Shown here: positions 33,158 through 43,255 of the stretch, one piece after another
Position numbering within the stretch: position 1 is the first letter of the stretch
Layout: each line of letters opens with the position of its first letter
Source of the DNA: Sedimentisphaerales bacterium
GTDB taxonomy: Bacteria; Planctomycetota; Phycisphaerae; Sedimentisphaerales; Anaerobacaceae
Length of the DNA stretch: 64,000 nucleotides
Assembly: GCA_040772485.1 (NCBI GenBank)
Contig: JAXGYC010000007.1
Location: 256,001 to 320,000 of the forward strand
Reading direction: 5' to 3'
The notes under the pieces: model-generated
Told to the model about the DNA's origin: nothing
Databases searched by the model: none
Seen by the model: only the letters and a program-made list of their open reading frames with translations
Program-made: the position numbers and the translations under genes

Positions 33158-34036
33158 ATGAACGACAGGCAGATATCGAGGCTGTTCTGGGGAGCCAAGG
33201 CCCTGCTCATCGCCGCCTTGCTGTATGTGGCGATCGAGGCAATCTGGCGCCCCTCTGAGCCGGCGCCCGGACTGAAACCGAAGGCCGTCTCGGGCGGCGA
33301 ACGCGTCTCCAACGAAACTGGGCGGGCGCCAGACTCCCAGCCGGTTGCCGACTATTCCGTCATCGTCGAGAGCGGCCTGTTCGGGGCCACGGATCAGACG
33401 AACGCTGCGCCGACCTTGTCGTCCCCGCCGGCCGGCCCCCTGCGTTCGGCCGAAGCCCTCGGGCTGCGACTGGTGGGCATCGTGGCGGGCGGTCCCGCGA
33501 CGTCCCGCGCCATCATCGAAGACATGGCCACCCAGGCAACCAGCCCGTACAGGATCGGCGATGCCATCGCGTCCGCCACGATCCAGTCCATCGAATCGGA
33601 CCGAGTCGTTCTGATCCACAACGGACAGAGCAAGGTGCTGGTGCTGCATGCCGGCCGCGCCGCCAAAGGCCCGGCGCCGTTCGACGCCAACAACGTCGGT
33701 CAGGCGAATCCGCCGCGGCCTCTCGAGGCGGTCCAACCACCCTCTGCCCCTTCCGCTCGTCTCGGGTATGTGGAGGATCTGTTCCGCAGTGCCACGATCG
33801 AGCCGTACGTGAAGAACGGACGCACGGAAGGATTGAGGATCACCGGTCTCGAACAAAGCCCCTTGGCCGCAATCGTCGGGTTGAGGAACGGCGACATCGT
33901 TCAGACCGTCAACGGCCAGAGCCTTGACAGCAAACAGAAAGCATTCCAGGTCCTCAAGAAGGCCAGAACGCAGTCCACCATCAACATGCAACTGCTGCGG
34001 AACGGCAAGGCCAAAGACCTGTCACTGGACTTGTGA
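33158..34036 (+). CDS. gspC: T2SS protein C (TM, HR domain, PDZ)
   Basis: LRLVGIV..AIIE..YRIGD..IESDRVVL; GLRNGDIVQTVNG; first gene of the gsp cluster. Confidence 0.85.
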   Translation: MNDRQISRLFWGAKALLIAALLYVAIEAIWRPSEPAPGLKPKAVSGGERVSNETGRAPDSQPVADYSVIVESGLFGATDQTNAAPTLSSPPAGPLRSAEALGLRLVGIVAGGPATSRAIIEDMATQATSPYRIGDAIASATIQSIESDRVVLIHNGQSKVLVLHAGRAAKGPAPFDANNVGQANPPRPLEAVQPPSAPSARLGYVEDLFRSATIEPYVKNGRTEGLRITGLEQSPLAAIVGLRNGDIVQTVNGQSLDSKQKAFQVLKKARTQSTINMQLLRNGKAKDLSLDL

Positions 34037-34145
34037 GATAGCGGAGAACACTTTGAATACGAAACATCGCAGCCCCTCGATAGACTCTTCATGCCGTGTG
34101 CAGGTCGCACGGGCGCACGTGGTTCGTCAATTCGGCCCGCCGGTC

Positions 34146-36335
34146 ATGGCCTGGTGCATCCTTGCCCTGACATGTATCGGCTGTGGCGGACGCGCCGTTT
34201 CGTCCAGCGAGGTCGGTCCGATCCAGCCGCACGGGCGAGCCCGACAGAGAGCCTCTCAGCCAATCAATGAACCGCCGACTCCGGTAGTCGAATCCCCGTC
34301 GGATCTCGCTCCGACAACGTCCGGGGCCGAGACGCGCAACGTCGTCGCCCCCCCGCCACCGGCAATGCCCACATGGAATGTTCCACAGGCTACGACGGTT
34401 GAATCGGATGTCTGGACGACTGTCCCGGAAGTTGTGGAGACTCCGATCGAAAGAATGCCCTCGCCCCAGCGCATCTCCATCGGCGCCAGCGAGTCCGCCG
34501 CGCCGCCTGCTCCTGTCCCGGACCGCGGTTCCGCCGCGCCCCCTGAACCGTCACGCGGACGTGATGAAATGGTGCAGGTCAACTTCGAGGATGTGGATAT
34601 CCGGATCGTCCTGAAAACCATCGGTGAGATCACAGGCATCAATTTCATCCCGCACCAGAGCGTCAGCGGGACCGTGACGGTGATGTCGCCAACGCCGGTT
34701 CCGCTGGGGGAGATCTACCCGTTTCTCCAGTCGATCCTGGACGTGGCGGGATACGCCGCGGTCGAAACAGACAATGCGGTGAAGATCGTCCCGAAAGCCG
34801 AGGCCAGCAAACGCAATCTCGATGTGCGCATCGGCGCTGATCCCGAGGCGATTCCGAAGAGCGATACGATGGTCACGCAGATCCTCCCGCTGAAGTACGC
34901 CGACGCGGCCGAGATCAGCCAGATCGTTCAGCCTCTGCTGTCGACAGGGGCCCTGATGGCGACCTATCCAAAGACCAATTCGATCATGGTCACGGATACG
35001 TCCGCCAACATCCACCACATCGCGCAGATCGTCGCGCAGCTCGACGTGGAGGGCTCCCGAGAGAACGTGCTGCTGTTTCCGTTGACCTACGCTTCGGCCC
35101 AGGTGCTCAGCGAACAGATCATGCAGATCCTGGACGAAAACCAGGCCGTTGCCTCCGCAGCCGGCCGGACACGGTCTACGCCGACCGTAGGCCAGCGCAC
35201 GAAGGTCCTGCCGGACGATCGGACCAACGCCCTGATCGTCGTGGGCGACACACAGGATATCGACACGATCCGGCGGCTCGTCGCCCAGCTCGACGTCGAA
35301 CGGCCGACCAACGCCGGCAACGTCCACGTGACCTATCTGAAGAACGCCGACGCCAATGATGTGGCGCCCGCGTTGGAGGCGGCGCTGGCCGGCATGCGGG
35401 TGACCGACCCGGCCGATACGCGACTGCCGATCCAGGTGACCGCCGATCCGAGCACGAACTCGCTCATCATCGTGGCCTCGCCTCAGGACTTCGCGATGAT
35501 CTCGCAGATCGTCGAGAAGCTGGATATCGTTCGCGAACAGGTTCTGGTCGAGATGACGATCCTGGAGATCGGCGAAGACACTCTGAAGGAACTGGGCGTC
35601 GACTGGGCAACGCTGGATGAGGCCGTCTCCAACAGCGTCCGTGGCTTTGCGGCAACGAACCTGGGACCCTTCGTCAACTATGCCCGCGGCGACCTCGAAG
35701 GTCTCGCCGTGGGCGCCTGGAAGGGCGACAATATCGGCGTACTGCTGCAAGCGCTGCAAAAGGAGTCCGGAGTCAATATCCTTTCGACGCCGCACGTGCT
35801 GACCTCGAACCACCGCACGGCCAAGATTGTCGTGGGCGAAAACACCCCGTTCGTCGTCCAGTCGCGCATCACCGAGACGACGGATCTCCTCACGCCCACC
35901 GTGATCAAGCAGTACGAATACAAGGACGTGGGCATCACGCTGGAGATCACGCCGCACGTCAACCAGGGCGGGCCCGTGCGACTCCAGATCGACAGCGAAT
36001 TCACGAAGCTGGTCGAGAGTGTGACCGCCTCGTCGTCGGATACGCCGACCACCGCCAAGCGCAGCGCCCAGACGATCGTCACGATGAACAGCGGCAACAC
36101 CGTGGTCATCGGCGGCCTGATCCGGGACGACAAGACGCAGGTCCAGAACAAGGTCCCGCTCGTCGGCGACGTGCCCGTGGTCGGGAATCTGTTCCGATGG
36201 CAGCGAGACCGCGTGCAGAAGACGAACCTGCTGATCTTCATCACCCCGTACGTAATGACCAGCCAGGAGGAGCTGCAACAGGTGACGGAGCAGAAGAGGG
36301 AACAGATGCTCCCGCTTCTGGAAAACAGTCGCTGA
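34146..36335 (+). CDS. gspD: T2SS secretin GspD, probable lipoprotein; start uncertain
   Basis: VNFEDVDIRIVL, PLKYADA, DDRTNALIV, ADPSTNSLII, QVLVE, NILSTP, YKDVGITLEITPHV, GGLIRD, KVPLVGDVPVVGNLF. Confidence 0.93.
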   Translation: MAWCILALTCIGCGGRAVSSSEVGPIQPHGRARQRASQPINEPPTPVVESPSDLAPTTSGAETRNVVAPPPPAMPTWNVPQATTVESDVWTTVPEVVETPIERMPSPQRISIGASESAAPPAPVPDRGSAAPPEPSRGRDEMVQVNFEDVDIRIVLKTIGEITGINFIPHQSVSGTVTVMSPTPVPLGEIYPFLQSILDVAGYAAVETDNAVKIVPKAEASKRNLDVRIGADPEAIPKSDTMVTQILPLKYADAAEISQIVQPLLSTGALMATYPKTNSIMVTDTSANIHHIAQIVAQLDVEGSRENVLLFPLTYASAQVLSEQIMQILDENQAVASAAGRTRSTPTVGQRTKVLPDDRTNALIVVGDTQDIDTIRRLVAQLDVERPTNAGNVHVTYLKNADANDVAPALEAALAGMRVTDPADTRLPIQVTADPSTNSLIIVASPQDFAMISQIVEKLDIVREQVLVEMTILEIGEDTLKELGVDWATLDEAVSNSVRGFAATNLGPFVNYARGDLEGLAVGAWKGDNIGVLLQALQKESGVNILSTPHVLTSNHRTAKIVVGENTPFVVQSRITETTDLLTPTVIKQYEYKDVGITLEITPHVNQGGPVRLQIDSEFTKLVESVTASSSDTPTTAKRSAQTIVTMNSGNTVVIGGLIRDDKTQVQNKVPLVGDVPVVGNLFRWQRDRVQKTNLLIFITPYVMTSQEELQQVTEQKREQMLPLLENSR

Positions 36336-36391
36336 TCCCTGGGGGTCGGACAATCCGTACGTGGATCGCATCCGTGCGAGGAGGTTGATTC

Positions 36392-37990
36392 GTGAAAACA
36401 GGACAGGCCGAACGGATAGAAGGCCAACAGCTTTGGAAGATCGCGCCCGAGCAGTTGAACGCCGATCTCGTACGACGACTGCCGCTGGAGTTCCTCAAGA
36501 AGCAGTGCGCGATCCCCATCGTGATGGAGGACGGCAGCACGGCGGTGGCTCTGGCGGACCTGCTGAACGTCGAGGCGTACGACGCCATTGTCGGCGTCCT
36601 GGGCCAGGCCTGTCCCCGCGTGCGGTGTCCGGCGCCGGAGATCGAAAACGCCATCAGTCAGTGCTACTACCATGCCGCCGAAGGCGAACGCGACGCGGAC
36701 GCGCTCGGCGAAACCTACGCGCCCGACAACAGCGCGAGCACCAGCTCGGTGCAGACGCATGCGGAAGACCTGCTGAACATCGCCAACAAGGCCCCGGCGA
36801 TCAAGCTGGTCAACAAGATTCTGTTCGAGGCGGTTCACAGCCGGGCCAGCGACATTCACATCGAACCCTATGAAGCAGAGGTCAAAGTCCGCTTTCGAGT
36901 GGACGGCGTGCTGCACAACGTCCTGAGCCTGCCGAAACCGCAGGCCGCGCCGCTGTTGTCGCGTCTGAAGATCATGGCCAATCTCAATATCGCAGAGCAT
37001 CGACTGCCGCAGGACGGGCAGAGCCGCGTGCGCATAGGCGACGAGCTGGTGGATATCCGCGTCTCGGTGATCCCTACCGCCGGCGGCGAACGTGTGGTGC
37101 TCCGACTGCTCGACAGGGGCCGAGGCCGGCTTAGTCTCGAAGACGTGGGCTTCACGCCCGATCTGTTGAAGGTCTTTCGCGAGCTGATCGGGATCTCCCA
37201 CGGAATCATCCTGTTGACCGGCCCGACCGGCAGCGGCAAGACAACGACGCTGTACGCGGCGCTCAACGAACTCAACAGCGAAGAACGGAACATCCTGACG
37301 GCGGAAGACCCGGTCGAGTACCAGTTGCCTGGGGTCGGCCAGATGCAGATCCGGCCGAAGATCGAACTGACCTTCGCCAGTTGCCTGCGCCACATCCTCC
37401 GGCAGGACCCCGACGTCATCATGATCGGGGAGATTCGCGATCTGGAGACGGCGGAAATCGCCATCCAGGCGTCGCTGACGGGGCACCTGGTGTTGAGCAC
37501 ACTTCACACGAACGACGCCGCTTCGGCGGTCACCCGGCTGATCGACATGGGCATCGAACCGTACCTGATCTCCTCGTCCGTCGTCGGAGTGATGGCCCAA
37601 CGCCTCTTGCGCGTGATCTGTCCCGACTGCAAGCAGCCCTATCACCCCCAGGACGTCGAAGAAGTCAAAGCCGAACTGAGGCGGCTTGGCCAGAGCCGGG
37701 TTCAGTTGTATCGAGGGGGCGGATGCGAGAACTGCCTCCGCACCGGGTACATCGGGCGAACGGGGATCTTCGAACTGATGCTGGTCGACGATCAGATCAA
37801 GGACCTCATCATCCAGCGTCGCGGCGCACACATCATCAAGGAAGCCGCCGTGCAGAAGGGAATGACGACGTTGCGCGAAGACGGTATGCGCCGCGTCCTG
37901 GCCGGCGTCACGACCCTCGAAGAGGTTTATCGAGTCACACAGGACAGCGTCAAGACAAGCCGAGAGGTGGGCAACCATGCCGGCCGTTGA
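36392..37990 (+). CDS. gspE: T2SS ATPase GspE
   Basis: ASDIHIEP, RLPQDG, TGPTGSGKTTTLY, EDPVEY, LRQDPDVIMIGEIRD, GHLVLSTLHTND, CPDC..CENC. Confidence 0.95.
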   Translation: MKTGQAERIEGQQLWKIAPEQLNADLVRRLPLEFLKKQCAIPIVMEDGSTAVALADLLNVEAYDAIVGVLGQACPRVRCPAPEIENAISQCYYHAAEGERDADALGETYAPDNSASTSSVQTHAEDLLNIANKAPAIKLVNKILFEAVHSRASDIHIEPYEAEVKVRFRVDGVLHNVLSLPKPQAAPLLSRLKIMANLNIAEHRLPQDGQSRVRIGDELVDIRVSVIPTAGGERVVLRLLDRGRGRLSLEDVGFTPDLLKVFRELIGISHGIILLTGPTGSGKTTTLYAALNELNSEERNILTAEDPVEYQLPGVGQMQIRPKIELTFASCLRHILRQDPDVIMIGEIRDLETAEIAIQASLTGHLVLSTLHTNDAASAVTRLIDMGIEPYLISSSVVGVMAQRLLRVICPDCKQPYHPQDVEEVKAELRRLGQSRVQLYRGGGCENCLRTGYIGRTGIFELMLVDDQIKDLIIQRRGAHIIKEAAVQKGMTTLREDGMRRVLAGVTTLEEVYRVTQDSVKTSREVGNHAGR

Positions 37991-39161
37991 ACCACAGATC
38001 CAACTGCGCATGCGAAGGTCGAATGCGCCGGCCCGCCCGGCGTCGACGCCGGGCCGCGCTCCTCGGACACAGGGACAGGACCTGCTCCGACGCGCGAGCA
38101 CCAGGGATCTGAGCCGTCTGGCCCGCCAGTTGTCCACGCTGCTGCATGCGGGGATGCCGCTGGTGCCGGCCCTGTCGGCCCTGGTCGAACAGATGCAGGG
38201 AACACCGCAGAACCGCGGGGTCCGTTGGGGGTACTCGGCCGATCCGCTGGCTCCGATCGTGGCACGCGTTCGCGACGACGTCAATGCCGGCAGCAGTCTG
38301 GCGGAGGCTCTGGGCAAACACCCCCATCTGTTCTCGCCGCTGTTCGTCAACATGGTTGCCGCCGGAGAGACCAGCGGCGCCCTTGAAGCAGTGCTGGCGC
38401 GCCTGGCGGACATCCTCGAAAAACGCGTGCGACTGACCGGCAAGGTCAAGGCGGCCGTCGCCTATCCGGCGATGATGGCGGTCGTCGCGCTCGGCGTGGT
38501 CATGTTTCTGTTGTCTTTCGTGGTGCCCAGCATCTCGGAACTCTTCGTGAAGATGAACCAGGAGTTGCCTCTGCCGACCCGAATACTCATCGGCATCAGC
38601 AGCTTCGCCAGAGCACATGTCGTGCTCATCCTCATGGCGGTTGCCGGGATGGTCGTCGCCCTGGTGGGCCTGGCCAGGACACAGGACGGCCGTCGGTGGA
38701 CGGACCGGATCAAACTCCGGCTGCCCCTGTTCGGTCCGTTGTTCTTCAAGCTGGAAGTGGCCCGGCTGACGCGAACGTTGGGGACGCTGATGAACAGCGG
38801 CATCCCCGTCATCACCGCGATGGAAATCAGCCAGAAGATCAGTCAGAACCACGTAATGACCGAGGCCACGGAGCACATCAAGGAAGGGGTCCATCGAGGG
38901 GAGACGATCGCCAACGCGGTCCGGGCAACCGGCCTGTTCCCGCCGGTGGTCTTCCACGTGATCCAGACCGGCCAGATGACCGGCACCGTCGAGGATGGCC
39001 TGCTGTACATCGCGGAGATGTACGATGGCGAAGTCGAGGCCACTGTGCGCACCCTGACGGCCCTGCTCGAACCGATGATCCTGCTGCTGATGGGTGGCGT
39101 GGTGGGCTTCATCGTTCTTTCGATTCTGCTGCCCATCTTCGAAATCAATCAGGCTTTGTAG
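37977..39161 (+). CDS. gspF: T2SS inner membrane platform protein GspF
   Basis: RQLSTLLHAGMPL, NMVAAGETSGAL, AVAYP, LPLPTRIL, LLEPMI. Confidence 0.93.
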   Translation: MPAVEPQIQLRMRRSNAPARPASTPGRAPRTQGQDLLRRASTRDLSRLARQLSTLLHAGMPLVPALSALVEQMQGTPQNRGVRWGYSADPLAPIVARVRDDVNAGSSLAEALGKHPHLFSPLFVNMVAAGETSGALEAVLARLADILEKRVRLTGKVKAAVAYPAMMAVVALGVVMFLLSFVVPSISELFVKMNQELPLPTRILIGISSFARAHVVLILMAVAGMVVALVGLARTQDGRRWTDRIKLRLPLFGPLFFKLEVARLTRTLGTLMNSGIPVITAMEISQKISQNHVMTEATEHIKEGVHRGETIANAVRATGLFPPVVFHVIQTGQMTGTVEDGLLYIAEMYDGEVEATVRTLTALLEPMILLLMGGVVGFIVLSILLPIFEINQAL

Positions 39162-39172
39162 GGAACCATGCC

Positions 39173-39616
39173 ATGCAAAACCGAGCGGTTCATACGATGC
39201 ACCGACAAAAGGGTTTCACTCTCATCGAACTGATGATCGTCGTGGTGATTCTGGGCCTGCTGGCCACGATTATCATGCCGAAGATTCTGGGCCGTCCGGA
39301 ACAGGCCCGCCGGGTCAAAGCCAAAGCCGACATCCGCAGTATTCAGTCGGCGCTGGCCCTGTTCAAGACCGACACCGGCCGCTTTCCGACCACGTCCGAG
39401 GGTCTCGAAGCTCTGGTCAGCGATCCCGGGATCAAGGGCTACAATTCCGACGGATATCTCGACGCCGTGCCCGTTGACCCGTGGGGCAACAAGTACATCT
39501 ACATAAGCCCCGGCGTCCACAGCAAAGACTATGACCTGGTGTCGTCAGGCAAAGACGGTGAGATCGGCGGCGTGGAGGACGACGCGGACATCGAATCCTG
39601 GGACCTTCAGAGCTGA
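39173..39616 (+). CDS. gspG: T2SS major pseudopilin GspG
   Basis: KG|FTLIELMIVVVILG, FPTTSEGLEAL, DPWGNKYIY, SGKDGEIGG. Confidence 0.95.
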   Translation: MQNRAVHTMHRQKGFTLIELMIVVVILGLLATIIMPKILGRPEQARRVKAKADIRSIQSALALFKTDTGRFPTTSEGLEALVSDPGIKGYNSDGYLDAVPVDPWGNKYIYISPGVHSKDYDLVSSGKDGEIGGVEDDADIESWDLQS

Positions 39617-39651
39617 GATGGCGGCTGTACAGGAACTGCGGACAGAAGACC

Positions 39652-40074
39652 ATGAACCGTCGCAGAATCCGATGGAAAGCATTTACATTCCTCGAAGTCC
39701 TCATCGCGCTGGCGATCGCGTCCATCGCGCTGTTGGGCCTGCTCCGGCTGCATCTGCTGAGTCTGGCCACAGCCGACGCCGCCCAGGCGACGACCCAGGC
39801 GGTGTTCGTGGCCCAGGCCGGGATTGCGGAAGCCTCCGCAGAAGGATTCCCCAGACAAGGAACCACATCGGGCACTGTTGAGAGAAACGGGCAGCTTTAC
39901 GCCTGGAAGACCGAGGTCCGAGGCATCGCCAGACTCGGCGACGGTCGTCTGCCCCAGGATGGTCTGCGCGAGGTTTCCACGACAGTCACGTGGAAACAGG
40001 CCTCGGACGAGAAGACGATGACCATGACAACGTACGTTGCGGACACCCGAATCCATGAGCAAACGGCGCCTTAA
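39652..40074 (+). CDS. gspI: T2SS minor pseudopilin (GspI-like)
   Basis: A|FTFLEVLIALAI prepilin motif, short length and position in the operon. Confidence 0.75.
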   Translation: MNRRRIRWKAFTFLEVLIALAIASIALLGLLRLHLLSLATADAAQATTQAVFVAQAGIAEASAEGFPRQGTTSGTVERNGQLYAWKTEVRGIARLGDGRLPQDGLREVSTTVTWKQASDEKTMTMTTYVADTRIHEQTAP

Positions 40075-40747
40075 TCCCGGTTTCACACTGCTTGAGATGC
40101 TTGTCGCACTGGCGATGATCGCCACGATCGTCTCGATGGTGTATGGCAGCTACGCCGCCACGTCACGGTCGATGGAGGCCTATGACAGCCGCCTGATGTG
40201 CTCGCAGCGGGCCGACCTGGTTCTGCGCCTGATGGCCAGGCAGCTTCGGTGCGCGTACCGTCGCCCCGATGAGCCAAACGCCACAGAGTCGGACCAGGCC
40301 AGTGAGATTCGCCGGCCGAAGCCGCACCCCGCGTTTCTCGGCGGCACCCGAAATCCGCACGGCGAGGTGCTGGACTTCCTGACCACGGCCCCCCTCGCCG
40401 GCGGACCGAACGGCTCGCAGGGTCTTGTCCGCGCAGGCTACCGGCACGATCCGGCGACACGGACACTGGCGGTGCGCAGTCGGCCCGCCACCGACTCGAT
40501 CCATATGGACGATGCGGCCGCGCAATGGCAGACCGTGCTGCACCAGGTTGCCGACGTCGAAGTTGAATTCCATGACGGCCTTCGATGGCAATCTCACTGG
40601 AATTCCGACACGAGCGGGAGGCTGCCGCGTGCCGTGAGATTTGGCCTCACGGTGACAGACGAGGAAAATCGCATCTATCACTGCGCCACCACCATCGAGA
40701 TACTGAACGCCGCGACCGATCGAAAGAACGGGAGGCAAACGCGATGA
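40055..40747 (+). CDS. gspJ: T2SS minor pseudopilin GspJ
   Basis: G|FTLLEMLVAL; C-terminal W..W...LPRAV motif. Confidence 0.8.
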   Translation: MSKRRLNPGFTLLEMLVALAMIATIVSMVYGSYAATSRSMEAYDSRLMCSQRADLVLRLMARQLRCAYRRPDEPNATESDQASEIRRPKPHPAFLGGTRNPHGEVLDFLTTAPLAGGPNGSQGLVRAGYRHDPATRTLAVRSRPATDSIHMDDAAAQWQTVLHQVADVEVEFHDGLRWQSHWNSDTSGRLPRAVRFGLTVTDEENRIYHCATTIEILNAATDRKNGRQTR

Positions 40748-41733
40748 ACGGCCCCGCATATCGATGCCGTCAGAACGGGTTCATTCTCGTCGTCGTCCTG
40801 GCCATGGTCCTGCTGCTGTCGGCCCTGCTGTTTGCGTTCCATCGCACCGCGCGCGGGAGCCTGGAAATGGCGGAGAGCCTGCGTCAGTCCGAACGGGCGA
40901 TGCAATGCGCCCGCGCTGGCCTGAGCCTGGCGATCGCCGCCATTGCGGAAACCAACGACGTGACGAACGACCATCGTTTCGCCGATCTGCGAACCGGAAG
41001 AGAGGCATTCACGCTCAATGGCGGCACCTGCACGGTGAGCATCACGGAAGAAAGCGGTCGGATCAACGTCAACACACTCAAGGACAAGAACGGCCAGCTC
41101 CATCGAAGGCAGATCGATCAACTGCTCCGCCTGATCGACCTGTTGAACCGCCGGAAGGACGCCGGGCAGCGCATCGGGTACGAGGTGGTCGCAGCCATCA
41201 TTGACTGGATCGATCCGGATGACGAAGTGACCCTGTTGCCGTTCGTCCATGCCGCAGGTCAGGGCGCTGAGAGCAGCTACTATCAGACTCTCAGACCTTC
41301 CTACCGATGTCAAAACGGGCCGATGGACGCTATCGACGAACTGCAATGGGTCAAGGGGGTCACGCCGGAGGCCTTCGCCCTCCTGCGTGACCTGCTGACA
41401 ACGACCGGCAGCGGGCGGATCAACATCAACGCCGCTCCCCAGCTTGTCATCGAGTCGCTCTGTGAGCAAATGGACTCGGCCCTGGCCCGAATGATCGTCC
41501 AACGACGCGAATTCAAGCCATTCGACACAGTGCCCGACCTCCGGCAGGTCCCGGGAATGACCGATAATGTCTACCTGGCCATCCAGGACGCGATCGAAGT
41601 CCAGCCCAGAGACGCTTATTACCGCGTCAGTACGCAAGGACGGATCGAAGATCGGACCTTGGGAATTGAAGCGCTGCTCCACCGAAACACGCAGACGGGA
41701 AATGTCGATATTATCCTCTACCGGGAGTCGTAA
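40744..41733 (+). CDS. gspK: T2SS minor pseudopilin GspK
   Basis: G|FILVVVL, EESGRINVN, AIIDWIDPD, GAESSYY, ELQWVKG, GRININAA. Confidence 0.9.
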   Translation: MNGPAYRCRQNGFILVVVLAMVLLLSALLFAFHRTARGSLEMAESLRQSERAMQCARAGLSLAIAAIAETNDVTNDHRFADLRTGREAFTLNGGTCTVSITEESGRINVNTLKDKNGQLHRRQIDQLLRLIDLLNRRKDAGQRIGYEVVAAIIDWIDPDDEVTLLPFVHAAGQGAESSYYQTLRPSYRCQNGPMDAIDELQWVKGVTPEAFALLRDLLTTTGSGRININAAPQLVIESLCEQMDSALARMIVQRREFKPFDTVPDLRQVPGMTDNVYLAIQDAIEVQPRDAYYRVSTQGRIEDRTLGIEALLHRNTQTGNVDIILYRES

Positions 41734-41782
41734 CCGCAACGCGCTTCGTTAGGGCTTCGGAGGAAGGACAAAAGGCAGGATC

Positions 41783-43255
41783 ATGGTGAAGAACTCGATA
41801 GGCATCGACATTGGCCGCTTCCATCTGCGGGCCGTGCAGATCGCGCAGACCGCCGAAGGACCCCGCATCGAGAGGGTCTTTGGCAAGCCCACGCGGCGAA
41901 GCACAGACCGCCCCGTCGACATGCTGCACGCATTGACGACCGAGCAGGGATTTGACCGGCACGCGGAGGTGACGGTATGCCTTCCCCACCAGGCGATCTT
42001 CTTCGCGGATCTCGAGGTGGACGGCGCCGCCTTGAACCGGCTCCGCGCCGGCGATCCGTCGAGCCTGCGGGATGACTTGCCCATTGTCGCAGAGAAGGCC
42101 ATCGTCCAGGTCTGCTCCACCCGACAACTCCCGAACGGACGGCATTCGGCGCTGGTGGCGACGACGTCAACCGATCTGCTCCGGGAAGAGCTGACACTTC
42201 TGGACGAGGCCAAGATCCACGTGACTCGGATCGAGGCCCCGATCACGGCGGCATGTACAGCGGTCGGCTACAACCATCCGGAGAGCCAGGAGGGAACGGC
42301 GGCCATCGTGATGATCGATGAATCGGTTCTGAGCATGGCGGTGCTTCAGCAGGGAAGCCTGATCATGATCCGGAACATCCCCCTCCAGATCTCCCGCGAC
42401 AGTGACATGGAATCCATCAGTCGGCAGGTGACGGGGTTGGTCGATCGCGAGATCGAGATCACCTGGCGAAGGCTCTTCGGCATCGATGCACAGGCCGATC
42501 TGCGGGTCTTCCTGATCGCATCCTCCGCCACAATCCTGCCCCTGGCCGCCGCGATGCAGGAAGAGATCGGCTGCCAGGTGATTCCGGTGGACCCGTATGC
42601 GTGCGTCGAACACGATGAGACGATTCGTGTCGGCTTTCCCATCTGCGTGGCCGAGGGGCTCGCCCTTCGTCCGCTCCTGCCGCGCGAGGCCGCCCAAGTC
42701 GATTTCCTGCACGCGCATGCGACGCAGACACAAGACGCGTCGGGCCTGAGAAAGGAACTCCTGGTCTGTGGCGGTCTGCTGGCGGCAACGGTGGTCGTGT
42801 GGATTCTGGGGCTGTTTGTTCATCTGTCGCGCCTGGAATCCCAGTACACACACCTCAAGAGACAGATTCAGGATGTGTTCGAGCAGACCTTGCCGGATGA
42901 GAAATGTGTGAACGCTTTGGTCCAACTCCAGCAGAAACTCGATGCCTTCCGCGACGACAGCGGATGGCTGGCGTCGTTCCAGCCGGGGCGGCTGCCCCCG
43001 CTGGAGATTCTGAGCACACTGAGCGTGCATCACCCCACGGACGGGAATCTGGAATTCGATGACGTGTTCATTGCCGGCGATTCCGTCCGCGTGACAGGCC
43101 ACTGCGACTCCTTCGCCACACTCAGCGGATGGCAGCGCCTGCTGGAGGAGATTCCCGGCTTTGAGATCGTGGACCAACCCAACCCCGGCAGAGACGCCAA
43201 GACGGGATCGGTACGATTCACCCTTTCCCTGTCGTCCAGAAAGACGGTGCAGTGA
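41783..43255 (+). CDS. gspL: T2SS protein L (PilM-like actin fold, TM, periplasmic domain)
   Basis: IGIDIG N-terminus, AEGLAL, TM near residue 335; lies between gspK and gspM. Confidence 0.75.
   Translation: MVKNSIGIDIGRFHLRAVQIAQTAEGPRIERVFGKPTRRSTDRPVDMLHALTTEQGFDRHAEVTVCLPHQAIFFADLEVDGAALNRLRAGDPSSLRDDLPIVAEKAIVQVCSTRQLPNGRHSALVATTSTDLLREELTLLDEAKIHVTRIEAPITAACTAVGYNHPESQEGTAAIVMIDESVLSMAVLQQGSLIMIRNIPLQISRDSDMESISRQVTGLVDREIEITWRRLFGIDAQADLRVFLIASSATILPLAAAMQEEIGCQVIPVDPYACVEHDETIRVGFPICVAEGLALRPLLPREAAQVDFLHAHATQTQDASGLRKELLVCGGLLAATVVVWILGLFVHLSRLESQYTHLKRQIQDVFEQTLPDEKCVNALVQLQQKLDAFRDDSGWLASFQPGRLPPLEILSTLSVHHPTDGNLEFDDVFIAGDSVRVTGHCDSFATLSGWQRLLEEIPGFEIVDQPNPGRDAKTGSVRFTLSLSSRKTVQ

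Noticed and set aside
35678..38449. 923-aa minus-strand ORF and similar long antisense ORFs (e.g. 2307-4307, 34551-36371, 30864-32621, 50354-52051, 54046-55716)
   Set aside because: They are shadows of well-supported genes on the opposite strand in GC-rich DNA and carry no motifs.
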